A stretch of DNA of 64,000 bases from Eledone cirrhosa (Eukaryota): positions 558,001 through 622,000 of the forward strand of contig OZ024749.1 in assembly GCA_964016885.1 (NCBI GenBank), written 5' to 3'. The translations under genes were made by a program, and so were the position numbers. Within the stretch, counting starts at the first letter, position 1; each line of letters starts with the position of its first letter. The notes under the pieces are model-generated. The model had not been told where the DNA came from, ran no database searches, and saw nothing but the letters and a program-made list of their open reading frames with translations. This document shows positions 58,224 to 64,000 of this stretch, one piece after another.

Positions 58224-59879
58224 CTAGCACAGAAACCACCCTACAGGTTTTCTGCTAGCATGTGTAGTGTGTATATTGATATTATACACAAATATATATG
58301 CATGTAAATATGATACATCTAATAAAATCGTAATTGACAATAGAACAAAGAAATTGAACAAAGCCTATGTTACACTGTCTTCTGTAATCAGTAATCCATG
58401 ATATATTAAAAAAAGATGACATTATATATAAACTGCATTAGGAGAAAATTAGCGACGGAAATATATGTGATTATAAGTGTTATAATATAACAGCCGCTAA
58501 CAGGAAGTGTTGACATTTGATAATTTTAAAGAATTGAATTTAAAGATCTTTAAATAAGCTATAAAATATATTTAATCAACAGCCACGAAATTTAGCACAT
58601 AAATTATGTACCGTATATACTCGCGTATAGGTCACACTTTTTTAACGATAAATAAGTATAAATTTTTGGGGTGCGACCTATCCGATCGACATCAGACTGA
58701 CCAATGATTTTTCATAGACTTAATCAACGATGGGTATTTATAAAAATAACTTTGTTAATATTTTTTATTATTTAACATAATAATTTCATATATCTACCTT
58801 CTTATACATATATTTCTTGATTTTAAATTTTTTACTAAAACTTTGTAGTGTTTACATTTTTTTCTATCTGACCGAACCATCCGTCATTAAAATCCATAGA
58901 AATGCATACCCGGTATTTAAAATGTGATTTCATTGTCTTAGCGTTGCTATGAACACGTATTGTGACGTATTTACTTTAACAGGAAACAGATTATTGCATG
59001 TGGTGAATTAATTAAAAATGCAGATATAATCAGTACAAGGTTTTAGTCTTTCTCTACATTCCAGGCAAATATTTTCATTGAAAAAAATGTATAAAACCTT
59101 TTCACCAGTCAAAATAATATTTACAATGTACTCTTACACAATGTACGGTGTAAATTTACGTAACAGAATGTTCCCAATATATAAGTTCATTAACAGGTGT
59201 GAACATGTATTGGTGTTGTATCTTTCAACCACGTTGCTGTAATATTTTCAATGGTGTCCGTCAGATCTTCGCTTTCTCTTTCAAAGTAACTATCATCGTC
59301 AGAAATAAATATGTCTGATTCATTTGAAGATAAATCACTAATATTATCTTGTGCTTCTTTTTCATTTCGAATGTCATCGCATGTAAAACCTTCAAAGTCG
59401 GTATTCGCTACTTTGGGAAGCCATGTTATACTTTCAAGGTTAAAAAACACGTTTTATTTCAAGTTGTTTCACTATATTAAGAGTTAATTTTCGTGCTTAA
59501 AGGCTTTATCTCGCAGTAATCTCAAATTGACGAGATTTCGATGACGTTAATGTTTATTTTATAAATAAAACATGGTTTGGAGTATATATCGCAATGGTGA
59601 AGTAATGGAAAGCTAACAGATTATTAGTTTCAATTATCATAAAAAATAGTAGTTTGACGGCCCAAATTTCAGTGCGACCTATCTGCGAGTCAATGGCAAA
59701 TAGCCTATTTGTTAAATGAAAAGTGGGTATGCGACCTATCTGCCGGGGCGACCTATACGCGAGTATATACGGTAATATTCATTCATTATTTATTCAAAGT
59801 AATCCAACTTATTTTACAAACGGGGTAAAAAAATATATTCTGGACACAGTCCCGCAGACCTTCCTTTATTATAGTTAAG
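58224..59879 (-). mobile_element. Possible Helitron-like element hosting the nested MITE
   Basis: Minus-strand 5' TCTTAACTATAATAAAG at 59879 and 3' CTAG with an imperfect hairpin at about 58224-58257. Confidence 0.45.
58611..59772. mobile_element. pogo/Tc1-type non-autonomous element carrying a piggyBac-derived internal fragment
   Basis: TA|CCGTATATACTCGCGTATAGGTC...GACCTATACGCGAGTATATACGG|TA. Bases 59003-59560 are a reverse-complement homologue of parts of 28065-29072. Confidence 0.88.
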
Positions 59880-61394
59880 ATATACCGTATTTGCTGGACT
59901 AATATACGCCTCTCTATTTTACGTTATATTTTGATGTTTATAGGCATTTTTATGGTCCAATATTCACAGTTTTTCATTCTTCATGGGTGCTCTAGGAATG
60001 TAACCCCGTGAATACCAGGAGACCTCTGTGTATGTGTGCATATATATGCGTGTGTGTGTATATATATACTATTTTAGCAACTAAAATAGCAATATGTTCT
60101 GTGCCCTGTACTCAAATTTACGGATCTTGACACTGATTCTTTAATCTTCTGAAAAAATGGCAGTGCCCCAGCATGGCTTCAGCCTGTCAGCTGGAACACA
60201 TAGTACAGTAATACGTATCTACTTAAATACATACTAAGTGTAAAATATAAGTATTCTTTCTCGTGCTTGCATAATTACTATTATTTTGTCTATCTTAGTT
60301 ATATATTTAATGAAATTTGTGTTGAAACAATTGTAAAGATTAAATAATTTAAGAACTTTTATATGTCATCTTAATGTTTTATATGTTCTGTGTTAAAAAT
60401 GCTACTCTTCTTCTAATCTTAGATTCTCTTTTCTATATTTCTATTTCTAAATACAGAAACACATTCAGCTTAAATTTTCTCACAATCTCTCTTGAAGTAA
60501 CTCTATGCGTATGTGTTTCTTATATATAATTGACAATATATTTAAACGAAAATATATATATATATGTGTGTGTGTGTATAAATCTACATGCATATGTATG
60601 TTTATGCACGTTTGATATACAATCTTATAGTTACTTCCTACTTGTGTTATATATATATAACAAAATTGTCAATTGCCTTAACTTAAATACAACCAGAATT
60701 AAACCAAAGCCGACCATGAGCCCAGGCAATGTGAACTATACATCTACACTCAACCCTAAACACCAAATTCATAACACTTAAGGAAGAGTTAAATCATGTA
60801 CGCCCTTCTAATTATAGCCCTAACTCCCAGTAAACCAACCATTCCCACATTAATTACTGGTATGGGGATGATGGGTGTCATCAAGCTGCAGCCATCATAT
60901 TGTGTAGTTTCTATATAATAATCTGAAGCAACAACAACCCCATTACATAACTGGCATGGAGCTTACACATAACTAGTACTTTCCTTAGGAACTACCACTG
61001 ACCATAAACCCTTACAAATCTGACTCAATACACAGCCAAGCCTCAACTTTAACTCTGTACTTAACTACCAGGACCTGAACCAACACAACTAAGCTAAGAC
61101 TCAACAATAACTGTCAATTAATTCAAAATCTTTTCTCATTAATTGAACCAACAAAACCAAGAAGGAAAAACATTGAAGGGAGGGCGTGCAGGTTATATGC
61201 TGCTTGCTTGGGGGAGAGAGCAGGGTGATATCTCACCATGAGAAAGTGTCAGGTTATGGTGGTGACCTTTAAGTAAATTGACCAAAACGTTTGTAGGCTT
61301 AAAACATCAGTTACAAGTAGTATATTGCATTGAGTGCTTTTATAAAGAAACACCCCCTAATTTCATAAGTGCCCCTCCATAGAAAGAAAAATAC

Positions 61395-61483
61395 CTGCCA
61401 CTCTTACTTCACAGGTCAGTGATTATCAGTAATCCTGGCACCATTAACATGTCTGGATTTGGAGATCCCATTCTGGATTGCAA
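61395..61483 (-). other. Candidate non-coding 5' UTR exon of the MGA-like gene
   Basis: ttttttccctctgacag|TTG...GGCAG|gtattt; unique sequence, with stops in all three frames. Confidence 0.5.
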
Positions 61484-61647
61484 CTGTCAGAGGGAAAAAA
61501 CTTTGAAAGGAATGGTATCCATGAGACGGCTATTATATGGCATGTATAAGGAACGAGACAGTTATACATTGACAGAAAATATATTATGCCAAGTTTCGAA
61601 TCAACTCATGCAAACCTAAAGACAACTCATATATTCAAGGCCATCTC

Positions 61648-61827
61648 AGTAGAGGTAGACCACGAAAAACGTGGGCGGGGGCGGTGAGAGCAGACCTCAG
61701 ATCGCTGAGTCTCACCGAGGTGATGACGAAGGACCATGACAAGTGGGGAGATGCTGTGCTGAATAGGACCCGTCCAACCCTTGCAAGCAGGGAGGAGCAG
61801 ACGTAAAATGATGATGATGATGATGAT
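61648..61827 (+). mobile_element. RTE family A 3' tail fragment
   Basis: agaggtagaccacgaaaaacgtgggcg...cccttgcaagcaggga...(gat)n. Confidence 0.85.
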
Positions 61828-63144
61828 GGTGATCTCTTTCCACAAACTGCATTTTAAAAAAAATTTAAATTAAGACATTTTTTTTAAATCCTAGGTTTTA
61901 ATGCAGCATAAAAGTATTTGTGAGACCTAGTGATTGATTGGCTCAAATCCTGCTTTCCTGGTAAGGTCAACATTCTAGCTGAATGAATTGGGGCAACGTG
62001 AAATGAAGCACAAAATGCTGCCCAGTCTGGGGATCGAACTGTTTATATCTTATCTATCAAAAATCCTCTCATTTTATGCAAGAACCTTTGTTTTAAGTTA
62101 TTCTCTAAACACCAGCATAATAATGAGAAAGTTAGCTATATTACTAAATCCTTCAAAATTCTTAATTATTTTGAAAATGATTCATTTGGAAATCATAAAC
62201 AGTATCTTTCATTAAAATCATGGTACAGGAAAGGTTAAATTTTTGCATTGATGTATGTATAATATAAAAATGAATGTGTAGGTAATATATATATAAGTAA
62301 TGTATATATAAGATGTATCAATAATGAATATGATGTATAATGTATATATAAGCAATGTAAAAGACACACACACACATATATATCATCATTTCATTTTACG
62401 TCCGCTTTTCCCTGCTTGCAAGGGTGGGACGGGAACTGATTCTGGCTTGATTTCTACAGCTGGATGCCCTTCCTAACACCAACCTCATTTACAGTGAGTG
62501 CTGGGTGCTTTTTTCCCGTAGCACCTCCACGACCACTTTGCAGTGGAATGATATGGACCTCAGTCCCTATCATCTCATTTCTACAGCTGAGTAAACTGGA
62601 GCAATGTGAAATAAAGTGTCTTGCTCAAGGAAACAACACATCACCCGGTCTGAGAATTGAACTCACAACCTTTCGATTGCAAGGCCAATGCTCTAACCAC
62701 TAAGCCATGTGCCTCCATATATATATATATATATATGTGTGTGTATGAGTGTGCGTGTGCATAACTGATGTATGTAAAAGATGTGAATAGAAATAATGTG
62801 CAGCAAGAAAGACATAGTTGATAAAAGGTAGGCATTGAACAGCATCTAGTTTAGTCACAGAACACTGTGTGTGGTGAAAGTATCAACTTGCACATATGAA
62901 GTGTTAATTCCAGTGAGAAAATAAGAAATCTAAGCAGCCATTATAACTAGATCTCCTTTAACTGGAGAAATAACATCTCTTTTATAATGCTTTAAAATCA
63001 TGTTATTGGGGGTGGTTACCTACAAAAGTGTGACTTGACTTACAGGCCTAAGTTTTCATTCCGTAAAACAAAGGAATAGGAAAATCAGGTTGCCATAGTT
63101 AAATGTCACCTGAAGAAAGACGTTAAAATAGAAGGGTTGACTCT

Positions 63145-64000
63145 TTACAAGGTCAATAAATAATAGAAGGGTCGACTCTACAATGTCAATAAATAATAGA
63201 AAGGTGACTCTACAATGTCAATAAATAATAGAAGGGTCGACTCTACAATAACAATAAATAATAGAAGCGTCAACTCTTTACAATGTCAATAAATAATAGA
63301 AGGGTCGACCCTACAATGTCAATAAATATTAGAAAGGCCGACTCTACAATGTCAATAAATAATAGGGTCGACTCTACAATGTCAATAAATAATAGAAGGC
63401 TAGACACTACAATGTCAATAAATAATAGAAGTGTCAACTCTTTACAATGTCAATAAATAATAGAAGGGCCAACTCTAAATTGTCAATAAATAATATAAGG
63501 GTCGACTCTACAATGTCAATAAATAATAGAAGGCCCGACTCTAAAATGTCAATAAATAATAGAAGGGTCAACTCTTTACAATGTCAATAAATAATAGAAG
63601 GGTCGACTCTACAATGTCAATAAATAATAGAAGGGTTGACTGTACAATGTCAATAATAGAAGGTTCGACTCTACAATGTCAATAAATAATAGAAGGGCCA
63701 ACTCTAAATTGTCAATAAATAATAGAAGGGTCAACTCTTTACAATGTCAATAAATAATAGAAGGGTTGACTCTACAATGTCAATAAATAATAGAAGGGTC
63801 GACTCTACAATGTCAATAAATAATAGAAGGGTCGACTCTTTACAATGTCAATAAATAATAGAAGGGTCGACTCTTTACAATGTCAATAAATAATAGAAAG
63901 GTTGACTCTACAATGTCAATAAATAATAGAAAGGTCAACTCTTTACAATGTCAATAAATAATAGAAGGGTCGACTCTACAATGTCAATAAATAATAGAAG
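63145..64000. repeat. 33-35-bp minisatellite, about 25 units, running off the window
   Basis: Unit agaagggtcgactctacaatgtcaataaataat. Confidence 0.95.

Noticed and set aside
63145-64000. CRISPR-like array (33-bp repeats)
   Set aside because: Units are contiguous with no unique spacers, there are no cas genes, and the context is eukaryotic. The same applies to the 41-, 44- and 27-bp arrays.

Overview
AT-rich, repeat-dense eukaryotic genomic DNA. The repeat content (RTE LINEs with (CAT)n/(GAT)n tails, tRNA-derived SINEs of the octopus OK/OR type, a MetaSINE) suggests a cephalopod, probably Octopus; this is inference. The main feature, which the ORF track hides, is one minus-strand multi-exon gene (53056->10110). 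I reconstructed it by hand as 12 phase-consistent GT-AG coding exons (about 1059 aa). It encodes an N-terminal CxxxxCRxGCxC repeat domain (DUF4801-like) and a C-terminal bHLH-zipper, i.e. an MGA-like MAX partner with no T-box in this model. The introns and flanks hold several RTE LINE families with a PHD-type finger inside the RT, a decayed CRE-clade retrotransposon, a Penelope remnant with a hammerhead-like motif, piggyBac, Tc1/pogo-type and Helitron-like non-autonomous elements, and long foldback hairpins. Several minisatellites visibly arose inside transposons. Two inverted MITE/satellite copies could fold the last intron into a hairpin. No prokaryotic-type systems, CRISPR arrays, rRNA or true tRNA genes were seen.
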